Below, piece after piece: positions 44,506-57,004 of a stretch of 64,000 nucleotides of DNA. Position 1 is the first letter of the stretch. The number at the start of each line of letters is the position of its first letter. The DNA lies in the NCBI GenBank assembly GCA_963665615.2, contig CAXXQE010000006.1:585165-649164 (forward strand). The letters are read 5' to 3'. The DNA comes from Syntrophales bacterium. Its GTDB lineage: Bacteria > Desulfobacterota > Syntrophia > Syntrophales > UBA4778. The notes under the pieces were generated by a model. That model saw only the letters and a program-made list of their open reading frames with translations. It ran no database searches and was not told the origin of the DNA. The position numbers were made by a program, and so were the translations under genes.

Positions 44506-46059
44506 TCACTCCTTACCCGTCACTATCTGTTGTTTCTTCCCCGTATGATCCTTCCCCAGATAATAGTTCTGCCAGGAGGAGGTTTGATAGAGATCCCAGT
44601 TACAGGGGGAGACTGAACTCGCTTCGAGTTGTGACTCCTGGCCGCGCGCTTTCAACCTGGCATAGGCTCTGACATAGATACAGCGCCGCTTCCCGGGGTG
44701 GACTTCGCACCAGCCTTGGAAGCTCCCGCCGCAGGCGCCGTTGCGCTGGTTTTTTGGGCACTGCGACATGGGGCAGAGATAGGCCGTATCGATGAGCGCG
44801 CAGTCCCCGCAGTCCTTGCAGTCAAAGAGAACGACCTTGGTGAGATGTTCGAGTTTGTGGAAGGGCCGATCCAGCTTTGTTCCGGCGACGCGGCGATAGA
44901 ATCCCCGCATGAGATTGTAGAAGCGCTTGCCCGGTTCAAACATCAGCCAGTGAAGAAAAAGCGACAAACTGTAATTGATTCCGATAGGCACATCGGGAAC
45001 GCTTGACGACCGCTTTGTCGGAATATCCTGGTTGAGCCCCGTTTCGGGATCGCACTCGTAGTAATAGAATCCACCGGAGATCGGATCGTCGAAATAACGC
45101 ACCAGTTCGCGCCACCGAGGAATCAACGCCTCGCCCTGTTCGATGATCTCCAACACCTGTTCGTAGCGGACGTTGTGACCGCCGATGTGGACGCCGTCGT
45201 AGCCCATGCCCTTGAGGATCGCATAGAGACGGGCGGCGCGCAGAATTCGAGCCGCCACACCTTTATCCGGCGCCGTTCGTTCCCGGTCGATTTCTGCGAG
45301 GAGTTTGTCCGTTACGACGGAGCCGGGCAGTTCGTTGCGGTTCATCATCTGCGCTGCGCCGTAGGGCAGGATGTAGATGTTGCCGACGAGCGGCACGTTC
45401 AAATCGTTCTGTTTCATGAAAAGCAGCACTTCATGAAACTTCCGGGCGTCGTAGCCCAACTGCGTCACAATGAACTGCGCGCCGGCGGCGATCTTCTTTT
45501 TGAGCTTGTAGTACTGCGCCAGTTGCTCGGCCTCGGTCGCCTTGAAAGACGATACGGCCGCTCCTGCGAAGAAGTCGCTCGGCAGGTGCCGCACGGTTCC
45601 CTTGCCTGCCGCATACTCCAGCCCGCGGTTCATGTCCGTGATGAGTTGTAAAGTGTGGATGGGATCGAGATCGAAGACGGGCGCTGGACGGCCCTGATAG
45701 CCGCCGACGGGGTAATCGCCGGTCATGACGAGGAGGTTTCGTACACCGGCGCGATCCAGCGCGTAGAGCTGACTTTCGATCTGGCTGCGGTTCTTGTCCT
45801 TGCCGGTGAAATGAACGAGCGGCTCGATGCCGAGCTTCAGAATCTCGCCGCCCATGAAGTCGGCGGACATAGCGGGACTGCCGCCGGGATTGTCCGTTAC
45901 CGTCAGCGCGGCAATCCGACCGCCAGCCGCAGCCTGCCCCGCCAGCGTCAGAGCCTTTTCCTGCGCCTCTTCCCGCGCGCCACGCCCAGGTACGAGTTCC
46001 CACGTCACAGGGAATCGGTTCGGATCGAGCAGAGCCTCTTTAAATCGGTTCTCAGTCAC
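44506..46059 (-). CDS. metF: Methylenetetrahydrofolate reductase fused to a C-terminal MetV-like Cys-rich domain
   Basis: The N-terminal about 300 aa is a MetF TIM barrel (...TVTDNPGG, LLVMTGD, IVTQLGYD). The C-terminal part has VVLFDCKDCGDCALIDTAYLCPMSQCPKNQRNGACGG, typical of the MTHFR C-terminal/MetV domain. GTG start 13 nt after the folD stop. Confidence 0.85.
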   Translation of the reverse strand: MTENRFKEALLDPNRFPVTWELVPGRGAREEAQEKALTLAGQAAAGGRIAALTVTDNPGGSPAMSADFMGGEILKLGIEPLVHFTGKDKNRSQIESQLYALDRAGVRNLLVMTGDYPVGGYQGRPAPVFDLDPIHTLQLITDMNRGLEYAAGKGTVRHLPSDFFAGAAVSSFKATEAEQLAQYYKLKKKIAAGAQFIVTQLGYDARKFHEVLLFMKQNDLNVPLVGNIYILPYGAAQMMNRNELPGSVVTDKLLAEIDRERTAPDKGVAARILRAARLYAILKGMGYDGVHIGGHNVRYEQVLEIIEQGEALIPRWRELVRYFDDPISGGFYYYECDPETGLNQDIPTKRSSSVPDVPIGINYSLSLFLHWLMFEPGKRFYNLMRGFYRRVAGTKLDRPFHKLEHLTKVVLFDCKDCGDCALIDTAYLCPMSQCPKNQRNGACGGSFQGWCEVHPGKRRCIYVRAYARLKARGQESQLEASSVSPCNWDLYQTSSWQNYYLGKDHTGKKQQIVTGKE

Positions 46060-46072
46060 GTTTCCCCGCGCT

Positions 46073-46960
46073 TCACGCCAACCCCGCGGCCCGCTTCGCC
46101 GCCTTCAGAGTATTGACCATCAGCATCGTGATCGTCATCGGGCCGACGCCGCCGGGCACCGGGGTGATCATGGACGCCTTCTGGCTGACCGTCTCGAAAT
46201 CCACATCGCCGCAGAGCTTCGCCTTTCCCTCCGGTGTCACGCCGATCCGGTTGACGCCGACATCGATCACGACGGCGCCGGCTTTTACCATATCCGCCGT
46301 AATAGCCTTGGGACGCCCCGCCGCAACAATCAAAATATCCGCCTCGCGGGTGTGACGGGCCATGTCCTTCGTTCCCGTGTGACAGATCGTGACCGTCGCA
46401 TTGGCGCCGGCCTTCTTCTGCAAGAGGATGTTGGCAATGGGTTTTCCGACAATGTTAGAACGGCCAACCACGACCACCTCGGCACCGCTGGTCTCAGCGC
46501 CGGAGCGCTTCAGGAGCTCCTGGATGCCCGCTGGCGTGCACGGCAGAAAGCACTCCTCGCCGATCACCATCTTGCCGACGTTGACCGGATGGAAGCCGTC
46601 AACATCCTTGCCGGGGTCGATGGCGTAGAGGACCTTGGTCTCGTCGATGTGCTTGGGCAGGGGAAGCTGCACGAGGATGCCGTGGATCTGCGGATCGCGG
46701 TTGTACTTGTCGATCAACGCCAGCAGGTCCGCCTCCAAGATCGTCGCCGGCAGGGTATCCTGAATGGAATGAAACCCAAGGGTCTTGGCGGTCTTTTGTT
46801 TGCCCGTCACATAACTCATCGAGGCCGGGTCCTCCCCGACCAGAATCGTCACCAGACCGGGGACAACGCCGTGTTGTTCTTTCAATCTCGCCGTCTCCAT
46901 CCTTAACTCCTCCCGAATGGTTTGGGCGATCTCATTGCCGCTGATCAGCTTGGCCGTCAT
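46073..46960 (-). CDS. folD: Bifunctional 5,10-methylene-THF dehydrogenase / 5,10-methenyl-THF cyclohydrolase
   Basis: ORF 46073..46978; start at MTAKLISGNEIAQTIREEL (GGAGGAAG upstream). Motifs VILVGEDPAS-like (TILVGEDPASMSYV), GILVQLPLP, VVVVGRSNIVGKP and TPVPGGVGPMT. Confidence 0.92.
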   Translation of the reverse strand: MTAKLISGNEIAQTIREELRMETARLKEQHGVVPGLVTILVGEDPASMSYVTGKQKTAKTLGFHSIQDTLPATILEADLLALIDKYNRDPQIHGILVQLPLPKHIDETKVLYAIDPGKDVDGFHPVNVGKMVIGEECFLPCTPAGIQELLKRSGAETSGAEVVVVGRSNIVGKPIANILLQKKAGANATVTICHTGTKDMARHTREADILIVAAGRPKAITADMVKAGAVVIDVGVNRIGVTPEGKAKLCGDVDFETVSQKASMITPVPGGVGPMTITMLMVNTLKAAKRAAGLA

Positions 46961-46986
46961 CATCTTCCTCCAGAGCATATTTCCGA

Positions 46987-47062
46987 GTCATTGCGGGTGA
47001 AGGAAGCAATCTCGTCCACTTTCTTCCTGAGATTGCTTCGTCACTACGTTCCTCGCAATGAC
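46987..47062. repeat. Nested inverted repeats in the fhs-folD intergenic region
   Basis: Outer arms GTCATTGCG (46987-46995) and CGCAATGAC (47054-47062). Inner arms GAAGCAATCTC (47003-47013) and GAGATTGCTTC (47029-47039). Confidence 0.8.
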
Positions 47063-47143
47063 AGGTTCACACATATTTTAATGGCCCGTCGCTCAGCGAC
47101 TGCGACGTCAGCCGCTGCCTGTCTTATCACAAATTGTCGATTT

Positions 47144-48847
47144 TCAGAAGAGGCCGCTGATCTTTCCGTCATCGTCAACATCGATCAGCTCGGCGGCGGG
47201 AATCCGGGGCATCCCCGGCATGATCATGATGTCGCCGCAATAGACGATGAGATACTCCGCGCCGGTTGCTACCTGGATGTCGCGGATCTGGAGGTTAAAG
47301 TGTTTCGGCCGTCCCAACAGGTGCGGATCGGTCGAAAAGGAGTACTGTGTCTTGGCCATGCAGATGGGCAGGTGACCCAGCCCCTGATCCTGAAGGGCTC
47401 TGAACTTCGCCCGGACATTTTTATCCGCTTCGAGTTCGCTGGCGCCGTAAATCTCCTGTGCAATCCGTTCCGTCTTGTCCCAAAGCGGGAGGCTGTCGTC
47501 GTATAGCAGATTGAAGGCACTTGGCACCCGGTCAATGGTCTCGACGACAGCTCGCGCCAGGTCCAGGCCGCCTTCACCGCCTTGCGCCCAAACGCGGGTA
47601 TCGACGATCGGCACATTGAGATGGGCGCAGCGATCCTGGATCAGTCCGAGTTCCGCCGCCGTATCCCTTTGGAAGTGGTTGACAGCCACGACAACCGGCA
47701 CGCCGAAACTGTGCATATTCTCGATGTGTTTCTTGAGATTTCCCAATCCTTTCTCCAAGGCGCCGAGATTCTCCGAATGCAGTTCCTCGCGGGCCACACC
47801 GCCATGCATCTTGAGCGCCCGGACCGAGGCCACGATCACCACACAGTCGGGGCGGAAGCCCGCCTTGCGACAGACGATATTCATGAACTTTTCGCCGCCG
47901 AGATCGGAGCCGAAACCCGCCTCGGTTACCACGTAATCCGCGAGCTTCAGCGCGCAGCGGGTGGCAATGACGGAGTTGGTGCCGTGGGCGATATTGGCGA
48001 AGGGGCCGCCGTGAACGAAGGCCGGGGTGTGTTCGATGGTCTGAACCAGGTTGGGACGAATGGCCTCTTTCAGCAGGGCCGCCATGGTGCCGTGAACCTT
48101 GAGATCGCGGACGTAAACGGGTTTTTTGTCGAAGGTATAGGCGCACAAAATATTACCCAGCCGCCGCTTCAGATCAGCCAGGTCTGTCGCCAGGCAAAAG
48201 ATCGCCATGACCTCCGAGGCCACGGTGATCTGGAATCCACCCTCCCGGGGCATGCCGTTTACCGAACCGCCCAGTCCGATTACGACATCGCGCAGGGCTC
48301 GATCGTTCATATCCAGAACGCGCCTCCAGGCAATGCGTCTGGAATCGATGTTGAGGGCGTTGCCCTGATGGATGTGGTTGTCGATGACGGCTGACAGGAG
48401 GTTGTTGGCCAGCCCGATGGCGTGGATGTCGCCGGTAAAGTGAAGATTGATGTCCTCCATAGGCAGGACCTGCGCATAACCGCCCCCGGCGGCACCCCCT
48501 TTGAGACCGAAGCAGGGCCCCATAGACGGCTCCCTGAGACAGAGCATGGATGTCTTTCCAATGCGTCTGAGTGCATCGGCCAAGCCGATGGAGGCCGTCG
48601 TCTTCCCTTCGCCTGCCGGGGTCGGCGTAATGGCGCTTACCAGAACGAGTTTGCCGTCAGGCCGGCCATTCGTGATCAGGTCCCGGACTTTCTCGCGCGT
48701 CAGTTTCGCGATGTATCGCCCGTAATAGTCGAAGTCCTCCTCGTCGATACCGATGGAAGAGGCGATGTCCCGAATGGGGCGAAGTGCCGTCGCTTGGGCG
48801 ATTTCGATGTCGCTCGGCATATGGCCATGTCCATTGTCTTCCGTCAT
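47144..48847 (-). CDS. fhs: Formate-tetrahydrofolate ligase
   Basis: ORF 47144..49060. The likely start is the ATG at 48847 ([18 protein letters not shown]..., GGGAG upstream). Motifs [12 protein letters not shown], ...GGAAGGGY and GFQITVASE. Confidence 0.92.
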   Translation of the reverse strand: MTEDNGHGHMPSDIEIAQATALRPIRDIASSIGIDEEDFDYYGRYIAKLTREKVRDLITNGRPDGKLVLVSAITPTPAGEGKTTASIGLADALRRIGKTSMLCLREPSMGPCFGLKGGAAGGGYAQVLPMEDINLHFTGDIHAIGLANNLLSAVIDNHIHQGNALNIDSRRIAWRRVLDMNDRALRDVVIGLGGSVNGMPREGGFQITVASEVMAIFCLATDLADLKRRLGNILCAYTFDKKPVYVRDLKVHGTMAALLKEAIRPNLVQTIEHTPAFVHGGPFANIAHGTNSVIATRCALKLADYVVTEAGFGSDLGGEKFMNIVCRKAGFRPDCVVIVASVRALKMHGGVAREELHSENLGALEKGLGNLKKHIENMHSFGVPVVVAVNHFQRDTAAELGLIQDRCAHLNVPIVDTRVWAQGGEGGLDLARAVVETIDRVPSAFNLLYDDSLPLWDKTERIAQEIYGASELEADKNVRAKFRALQDQGLGHLPICMAKTQYSFSTDPHLLGRPKHFNLQIRDIQVATGAEYLIVYCGDIMIMPGMPRIPAAELIDVDDDGKISGLF

Positions 48848-49157
48848 AAAATACTCCCGAATGATTTTATACGCCCCGCCGACCAGTGGCCGGCGCCCTT
48901 GCGCGTCACGAGTGCGCGATGGGATCGGGTTCGCCCGCTTGCTACACGAGCAAAGAGCCGATTTATTAAAGCATCCCCTGTCACACCTTGTCAAAGGGAT
49001 TTGCGCCAAAGGTTGTTGACCGAGACACCGCCCGATCGGCAGGACCTCAGGCTGAGGCACAGTCGGCCGACGTGTCGTTTAATTGTCTTGACATAAACCC
49101 TTGTCTATCGGATAGACTGATATCTAATACGCTTGAACACAAGGCCATAAGGATTCT

Positions 49158-50342
49158 ATGAAACGGCAGATCATTTTTTACCTCCTCCTGGTTGCTGCCA
49201 CGGCGGGGGCTTTTCATATCTCCACAACCGCTGTGGCGTCCCAGTTGCACCCCGACCTTCTCAAAGGCTACCTCCGGTCCGGCGTTGCCGCCTCCTTTAA
49301 CATGGAATACCAGAAGGCGCACAGCTTGATCCAGAAGGCCATCGAACTGGATGCGGATAACCCGATCGGCTATGCCTATATGACGATGGTTCATCTCATG
49401 GCCTATGAGGGGACCTTCGATGAAAAGGGACGCCAGGCCCAGCAGCAGAGCGTCCTGTCCTATGCGGATGGGGCCGTTTCCAGGGGAAAGCAGCGGCTTG
49501 CCGCACTGCCGAAGGACGCCCAGTCTTATATGGCTATTGCCATGGCAAGGCTCGCCAAGGCGCGCTGCGCCCTGTATGAAAAAAAGTACCTTGATATGTT
49601 CAGCGAAACCGCCGGCGCGTGGGATTATATAAAAAAATCGGAAGAATTCGATCCTCAGAATTACGACTGCTATTTCCTGATGGGGCTCTTCCGATATCAC
49701 ATCGACCATCTGCCCGGTCCGACCCGCTTTCTGTCCTTCTGTTTCATCACAGGCGGCGACCGGCGTCTGGGATTGGAGGAACTGGAGACCGCTGCCAACA
49801 AGGGAGACCTGCTCAAGGCCGCGGCCCTGGCAGAGTTGTCCAACGATTATCTCCAGTTTGAGCAGCAGGCGGACAAGGCTCTGCCGATCATTCAGGAACT
49901 GAAAAGAACCTTCCCGGGCAACTTCAATTTCTCGTTTGCGCTGGGACACACCCTTGCCGAAGTTCGCCATTTTGACGAGGCTTATGCCGTGGCTGGAGAA
50001 ATCGAAAGGTGCATCCGCTCGGCAACGCCACCCTATTCGTCATTGTTGCAGTCGAGATACGACTACCTGATGGGAAACATCCTGTTTGCGCAGGGAGACT
50101 ATGCCCGTTCGAAGGATTACCTCCAGAGGGTTCTGACGGACACCTCACCCGCCAGCGGACGGGTGCGCGCGGCTGCCCTCGTGCGAATGGGCATGATCAG
50201 CGATATCTATCAGGAGCGGAAACAGGCCTGTCAATACTATACGGCGTCCCTCGAGATCGGCGGTGACGGGGCGGCGCAAGTCCATGCAAAAAAATATCTG
50301 GATACCCCCTATACCCCACCTGACGGACAACGGATCTTTTAA
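49158..50342 (+). CDS. Secreted TPR-repeat protein
   Basis: Signal peptide MKRQIIFYLLLVAATAGAFH, and repeated TPR-like helical pairs through the C-terminus. Confidence 0.7.
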   Translation: MKRQIIFYLLLVAATAGAFHISTTAVASQLHPDLLKGYLRSGVAASFNMEYQKAHSLIQKAIELDADNPIGYAYMTMVHLMAYEGTFDEKGRQAQQQSVLSYADGAVSRGKQRLAALPKDAQSYMAIAMARLAKARCALYEKKYLDMFSETAGAWDYIKKSEEFDPQNYDCYFLMGLFRYHIDHLPGPTRFLSFCFITGGDRRLGLEELETAANKGDLLKAAALAELSNDYLQFEQQADKALPIIQELKRTFPGNFNFSFALGHTLAEVRHFDEAYAVAGEIERCIRSATPPYSSLLQSRYDYLMGNILFAQGDYARSKDYLQRVLTDTSPASGRVRAAALVRMGMISDIYQERKQACQYYTASLEIGGDGAAQVHAKKYLDTPYTPPDGQRIF

Positions 50343-50354
50343 AACGGTAAGTGT

Positions 50355-50603
50355 ATGGATATGACATCCCTGACCGGCTCGCTCGGTGTGGCCTTGTTGT
50401 TGCTGGCCTTCTTTCTCAACCTGTTCAATTTCCTTTCCCGGGAAGGCGCCCTTTACAAGGTGATCAACCTGGTCGGTGCGGGACTGGCGGGCTATGCTTC
50501 ATGGTTGTTGCATTTCATGCCGTTCGTCATTCTGGAGGCCATCTGGTTTATCGTGACGGCGCTGTCGCTGTGGCCGAATCTGAAAAAGAAAATGAACGCC
50601 TAG
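50355..50603 (+). CDS. Small three-TM membrane protein
   Basis: 82 aa with three hydrophobic segments, starting 13 nt after the TPR gene. The family is uncertain. Confidence 0.5.
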   Translation: MDMTSLTGSLGVALLLLAFFLNLFNFLSREGALYKVINLVGAGLAGYASWLLHFMPFVILEAIWFIVTALSLWPNLKKKMNA

Positions 50604-50807
50604 CGCCTTTAATCTGTAGACAACCGTCTCGATAGGATATTTCATTCACAACTCCCACGCGAAATATGGCTACAAAATATCCGCCGCTCCGGGGCCGAAG
50701 AGACGGATCAGTTAAATCATTAATTATGATAAACAGATACGTTTCAGGCACGACCATTGCTTTCTAACGAGTAAAAACTCATTCGGGCGATAGAAGGAGG
50801 ACGGGAT

Positions 50808-51398
50808 ATGAAACATATCATGTCGCACAGAATCTCCGGGGCGTTATTGAGCCTCGCACTGCTGCTCGTCCCCGTAATGGTTGCGGCGCAAAGCTCTCAG
50901 ACCCCGCCGCCGATCCTCAAAAAGAGCGAACCGCCTCCGAAACCAGATCGGCCGGGAGGGACACGGAAGCCGCAGGTCGACATGCCATCGACCAACGGCT
51001 CCTCCAGACATTCGGACGCATCTACCATCAAAAAGGACAGCAGGCAGGAAAGAACTGAAACCGCAAACCAGGCGCCAACCAGTGCAGGCGAACGGCATCG
51101 TATCGAGATTCATCAGCCGGTGGCTCTGCCCCCAGCTCCGCTCAAACCGGTTACGCCCCCCGCAATATCGCCCTCCAGGGAGCGTGATGCACATCCGGAA
51201 TCGCAAACGGACCAAGGACGCGGGCGCACGCTAGCCCCTTCTTCTTCCAATCCTCAGCCCTTGGGGCTGAAACCGGCAACGGGATCTGACACAAAACCAA
51301 TAGTCGTAACGGACGGATTGCAAAGGGAACCAGCTAAAAAAGAGCAGGAGCCAAAGGCGAAAAACACTGATGGCCCCACTGATCGACGCAAGCCGTAG
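50808..51398 (+). CDS. Secreted proline-rich low-complexity protein
   Basis: GAAGGAGGA Shine-Dalgarno. Signal peptide ...LLLVPVMVAAQ, followed by a P/K/T/S-rich sequence predicted to be disordered. Confidence 0.5.
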   Translation: MKHIMSHRISGALLSLALLLVPVMVAAQSSQTPPPILKKSEPPPKPDRPGGTRKPQVDMPSTNGSSRHSDASTIKKDSRQERTETANQAPTSAGERHRIEIHQPVALPPAPLKPVTPPAISPSRERDAHPESQTDQGRGRTLAPSSSNPQPLGLKPATGSDTKPIVVTDGLQREPAKKEQEPKAKNTDGPTDRRKP

Positions 51399-51663
51399 GA
51401 ACTGGGTGGGGTATAAGCAGCGCGGCAATGGGACGATTTTGTCTGACGAGATGTAAATATTTCTACATTTGTGTAGCTGTCTTCCTTGTCAAGAAACAAT
51501 ATTGTTGTTTTATTTTTATCTCGATCGAGGACCAAATAAATTATCCCCGTAAAAACAAAAGGTTGCAAACACAACGGAATCACTCCTGGCGGAACATTTT
51601 TTGCACAAATATCTAAAGTCTTCTACATCATTCACAACAACAAGCACAAGCAAGGGAACCAAC

Positions 51664-54270
51664 ATGACCGTGAAAAAAGCCTTGGGTAGAGCCAGCACCG
51701 GTTTTAACGGCCTGGACGATGTCATTGACGGGCTGCGGATCGGCGACAACGTCATCTGGCAGGTTGATGCCATCGATGTCTATACGCAATTCGTCACCGC
51801 CTTTGTCGAACGGGCACTTTCCGAAAATCGCAGGATCATCTACATCCGGTTTGCCAAACACGAACCGCTGCTGAAACCGGATCCACGAATCACGATTTAC
51901 AAGCTCGACGCACGCAGCGGTTTTGAATCCTTTACGACTCAGGTTCACAAGATCGCGACGCTCGCCGGAGAGGGCGTCTATTACGTTTTTGATTGCCTCT
52001 CCTATCTGCTGTCCGCGTGGGCCACCGACCTCATGATCGGCAACTTTTTTCTGGTCACCTGTCCTTATCTCTTCCAGCTCAACACGATCGCCTACTTCTC
52101 CATCCTGCGCGACAGCCATTCCTTCAAAACCGTGGCACGGATTCGCGAAACGACTCAGGTTCTCATCGATGTCTACAACCCCGACAATACGCTCTACATC
52201 CACCCCCTGAAGGTGTGGCACCGCTATTCTTCAACGATGTTTCTGCCGCACATGCGGGTCGAGGACCGCTTTGCCCCCTGCACCAGCAGCATCGATGCAA
52301 CCCGGTTCTTTACTTACCTGTCCGGCAAGGAAACTGAATTGGCCAAACGAAATCTGGATTTCTGGGACAGGCTTTTTCTGGAGGCGGATGAACTGGTGAA
52401 AAACAACGCAGCCGCCGCCAGAAAGACAAAGATGATCGACCGGCTCTGTCAGATCATGATCGGCCGGGAAGACCGCATCCTCGATTTGGCCAAAAAGGCC
52501 TTTACGCTCGAGGATCTTCTGGAAATCAAATCCAGACTGATCGGGACCGGCTATATCGGCGGGAAATCCGCCGGCATGCTGATATCGCGAAAACTTTTGT
52601 GCCAGGACGCCTCCAGAAACTGGAATGATCTGCTGGAGCCGCACGACTCTTTCTACATCGGTTCGGATGTCTTCTACACCTATCTCGTCGAAAACGGGTG
52701 GTGGAAGCTACGTATGGAGCAGAGAACCAAGGAAGGCTTTTTCGAGGCGGGACGGATCCTCTCGGACGAAATGCTCCACGGGGAGTTTCCGGACGAAATC
52801 AAGGAGCAGCTCTGGCGCATCATCGAATATTTCGGTCAGTCGCCGATCATCATCCGCTCCAGCAGTTTTCTGGAAGATGCCTTCGGAAATGCCTTTGCCG
52901 GAAAATACGAGAGCCTCTTCTGTGTCAATCAGGGTTCGCCTGAGGAACGTTTTCAACGTTTTGTCGAATATGTCCGTCGCGTTTACGCCAGCACGATGAA
53001 TGAGGACGCCCTGGCCTATCGTCTTCAGAGAGGCCTGGATCAGCAGGATGAACAGATGTCCCTGCTCGTTCAGCGCGTTTCGGGCTCCTATCGCAAACAC
53101 TTCTTCTTCCCCGATTTGGCAGGAGTCGGCTTCTCCTTCAATACCTTCGTCTGGAAAAACAATCTCGACCCCAAGGCCGGCATGGTGCGGCTGGTTCTCG
53201 GATTAGGAACGCGGGCCGTCAACCGGTTAGAAAATGATTACCCCAGGGTCGTCGCCCTTGACGCGCCCCTTCTGCGACCTCAAGCCGGGATTGCGGAGGT
53301 CCGGCGGTTTTCCCAGCATGAAGTCGATCTGCTCAACACCGAATCCAACCAGTTGGAAGCCATGTCCCTGGAAGAACTGCTTGCTCAGGATATCGGTATC
53401 GATATGGAGGTACTCGGAAGCTGGGATGTGGAAACCGCCGAAAAGCAGCGGGAGCGGGGCATTTCATCCGAACCGCACTGGGTTCTGACCTTCGACCGTT
53501 TCCTCTCTGAAGGTCCCTTTACCCACGATATGAACGCCATCCTGAAGGTGCTCGAAGAGAAATATCACTACCCGGTCGATATCGAATTCACTCTGAACTT
53601 CACCGGGGACAGCGCATACCGGATCAATCTCGTTCAGTGCCGCCCGCTCCAAACCAAGGGGCAGCAGCAGGATGTGACGCTGCCGACCCATGTGGCCAAG
53701 AAGAACATTCTATTCAAATCAGAAGGAAACTTCATGGGCGGTAGCATCTCGCAGCCAATCAAGCGAATCATTTATGTGAATCCCAAACGCTACAACGAAC
53801 TGAATCTATATGAAAAGCATGATATCGCACGGCTCATCGGAAAATTGAACCGCCAGATTCTGGACCGAAACGAACTGCCGACCCTCCTTGTTGGCCCCGG
53901 CCGCTGGGGAACGACAACGCCGTCGCTTGGCGTGCCGGTCCGGTTCTCCGAAATCAATCAGGTGACGGCCATGGTCGAACTGGAATACCAGAGCGGCAGC
54001 CTGCTGCCGGAGTTGTCCTTCGGTACCCACTTTTTCCAGGATCTCGTCGAAACAGACATCTTCTACGTCGCCATCTTTTCAATACAGGGCAAGGCGCTGT
54101 TCAACAGTGAATGGTTTGCCGCACATCCCAACAAATTGTGGGATCTAATCCCGGAAGACGGTCGTTATGAGGATTGTGTTCAGGTCTGCGATCTGGAGGG
54201 AGAAGAGGTCTATCTGAAATCGGATATCCTGTCTCAGCAGGTCATCTGCTATCAGGAAGGGAAAAAGTGA
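51664..54270 (+). CDS. PEP/pyruvate-binding (PPDK_N ATP-grasp) domain protein with an N-terminal KaiC/RecA-like domain lacking a Walker A motif
   Basis: ORF 51601..54270; the ATG at 51664 is preferred. N-terminus ASTGFNGLDDVIDGLRIGDNVIWQV (KaiC-like, no GxxxxGKT). Centre IGGKSAGMLI and IIRSSSFLEDAFGNAFAGKYES, typical of the PEP synthase/PPDK nucleotide-binding domain. I recognise no phosphohistidine swivel or PEP-binding TIM domain. Confidence 0.75.
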   Translation: MTVKKALGRASTGFNGLDDVIDGLRIGDNVIWQVDAIDVYTQFVTAFVERALSENRRIIYIRFAKHEPLLKPDPRITIYKLDARSGFESFTTQVHKIATLAGEGVYYVFDCLSYLLSAWATDLMIGNFFLVTCPYLFQLNTIAYFSILRDSHSFKTVARIRETTQVLIDVYNPDNTLYIHPLKVWHRYSSTMFLPHMRVEDRFAPCTSSIDATRFFTYLSGKETELAKRNLDFWDRLFLEADELVKNNAAAARKTKMIDRLCQIMIGREDRILDLAKKAFTLEDLLEIKSRLIGTGYIGGKSAGMLISRKLLCQDASRNWNDLLEPHDSFYIGSDVFYTYLVENGWWKLRMEQRTKEGFFEAGRILSDEMLHGEFPDEIKEQLWRIIEYFGQSPIIIRSSSFLEDAFGNAFAGKYESLFCVNQGSPEERFQRFVEYVRRVYASTMNEDALAYRLQRGLDQQDEQMSLLVQRVSGSYRKHFFFPDLAGVGFSFNTFVWKNNLDPKAGMVRLVLGLGTRAVNRLENDYPRVVALDAPLLRPQAGIAEVRRFSQHEVDLLNTESNQLEAMSLEELLAQDIGIDMEVLGSWDVETAEKQRERGISSEPHWVLTFDRFLSEGPFTHDMNAILKVLEEKYHYPVDIEFTLNFTGDSAYRINLVQCRPLQTKGQQQDVTLPTHVAKKNILFKSEGNFMGGSISQPIKRIIYVNPKRYNELNLYEKHDIARLIGKLNRQILDRNELPTLLVGPGRWGTTTPSLGVPVRFSEINQVTAMVELEYQSGSLLPELSFGTHFFQDLVETDIFYVAIFSIQGKALFNSEWFAAHPNKLWDLIPEDGRYEDCVQVCDLEGEEVYLKSDILSQQVICYQEGKK

Positions 54271-54330
54271 CGATTCACGAGTGACAAGAAGTACCTTGAA
54301 CTCCGAACTTTAAACTCAGAACTCAAAACG

Positions 54331-54373
54331 ATCGGTGGAGAGCAGATCGTTACCGATCCCACTCTCCACCGAT
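54331..54373. terminator. Bidirectional terminator hairpin between convergent genes
   Basis: 12-bp stem: ATCGGTGGAGAG (54331-54342) pairs with CTCTCCACCGAT (54362-54373). On the minus strand it is followed by CGTTTTGAGTT. Confidence 0.6.
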
Positions 54374-54380
54374 TCAAAAC

Positions 54381-56817
<2,437 letters not shown>

Positions 56818-56831
56818 ATCGGCTCGGCAAA

Positions 56832-56847
56832 CGGCAATGTATTGCCG
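56832..56847. promoter_or_regulatory. Palindrome CGGCAAT-gt-ATTGCCG immediately upstream of nrpR (candidate operator)
   Basis: Perfect 7-bp arms, 15-30 nt upstream of the nrpR ATG. A 13-bp direct repeat AATACAATTTTGT occurs at 56878-56890 and 56910-56922. Confidence 0.35.
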
Positions 56848-57004
56848 ATTGTGCTACCACCCGGCCGCCGCCAAGTCAATACAATTTTGTCATTTAACAT
56901 CACTATTTTAATACAATTTTGTTGTTTCATTGATTTTACTGCATTTGCGGCCAACTCAACATAACGCCTATGCCTGCAGACAGGGTGTTGAGAACCCTCA
57001 TTAT

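Noticed and set aside
45827-46906. 359-aa plus-strand ORF. Similar long antisense ORFs occur at 47582..48394, 48422..49096, 49047..49970, 57255..58097 and 13876..14616.
   Set aside because: All lie opposite well-supported genes (metF/folD, fhs, the TPR protein, the sugar dehydrogenase, the DUF1329 remnant) in GC-rich DNA. They have Arg/Gly/Asp-rich low-information sequences and no Shine-Dalgarno sequences that I could see.
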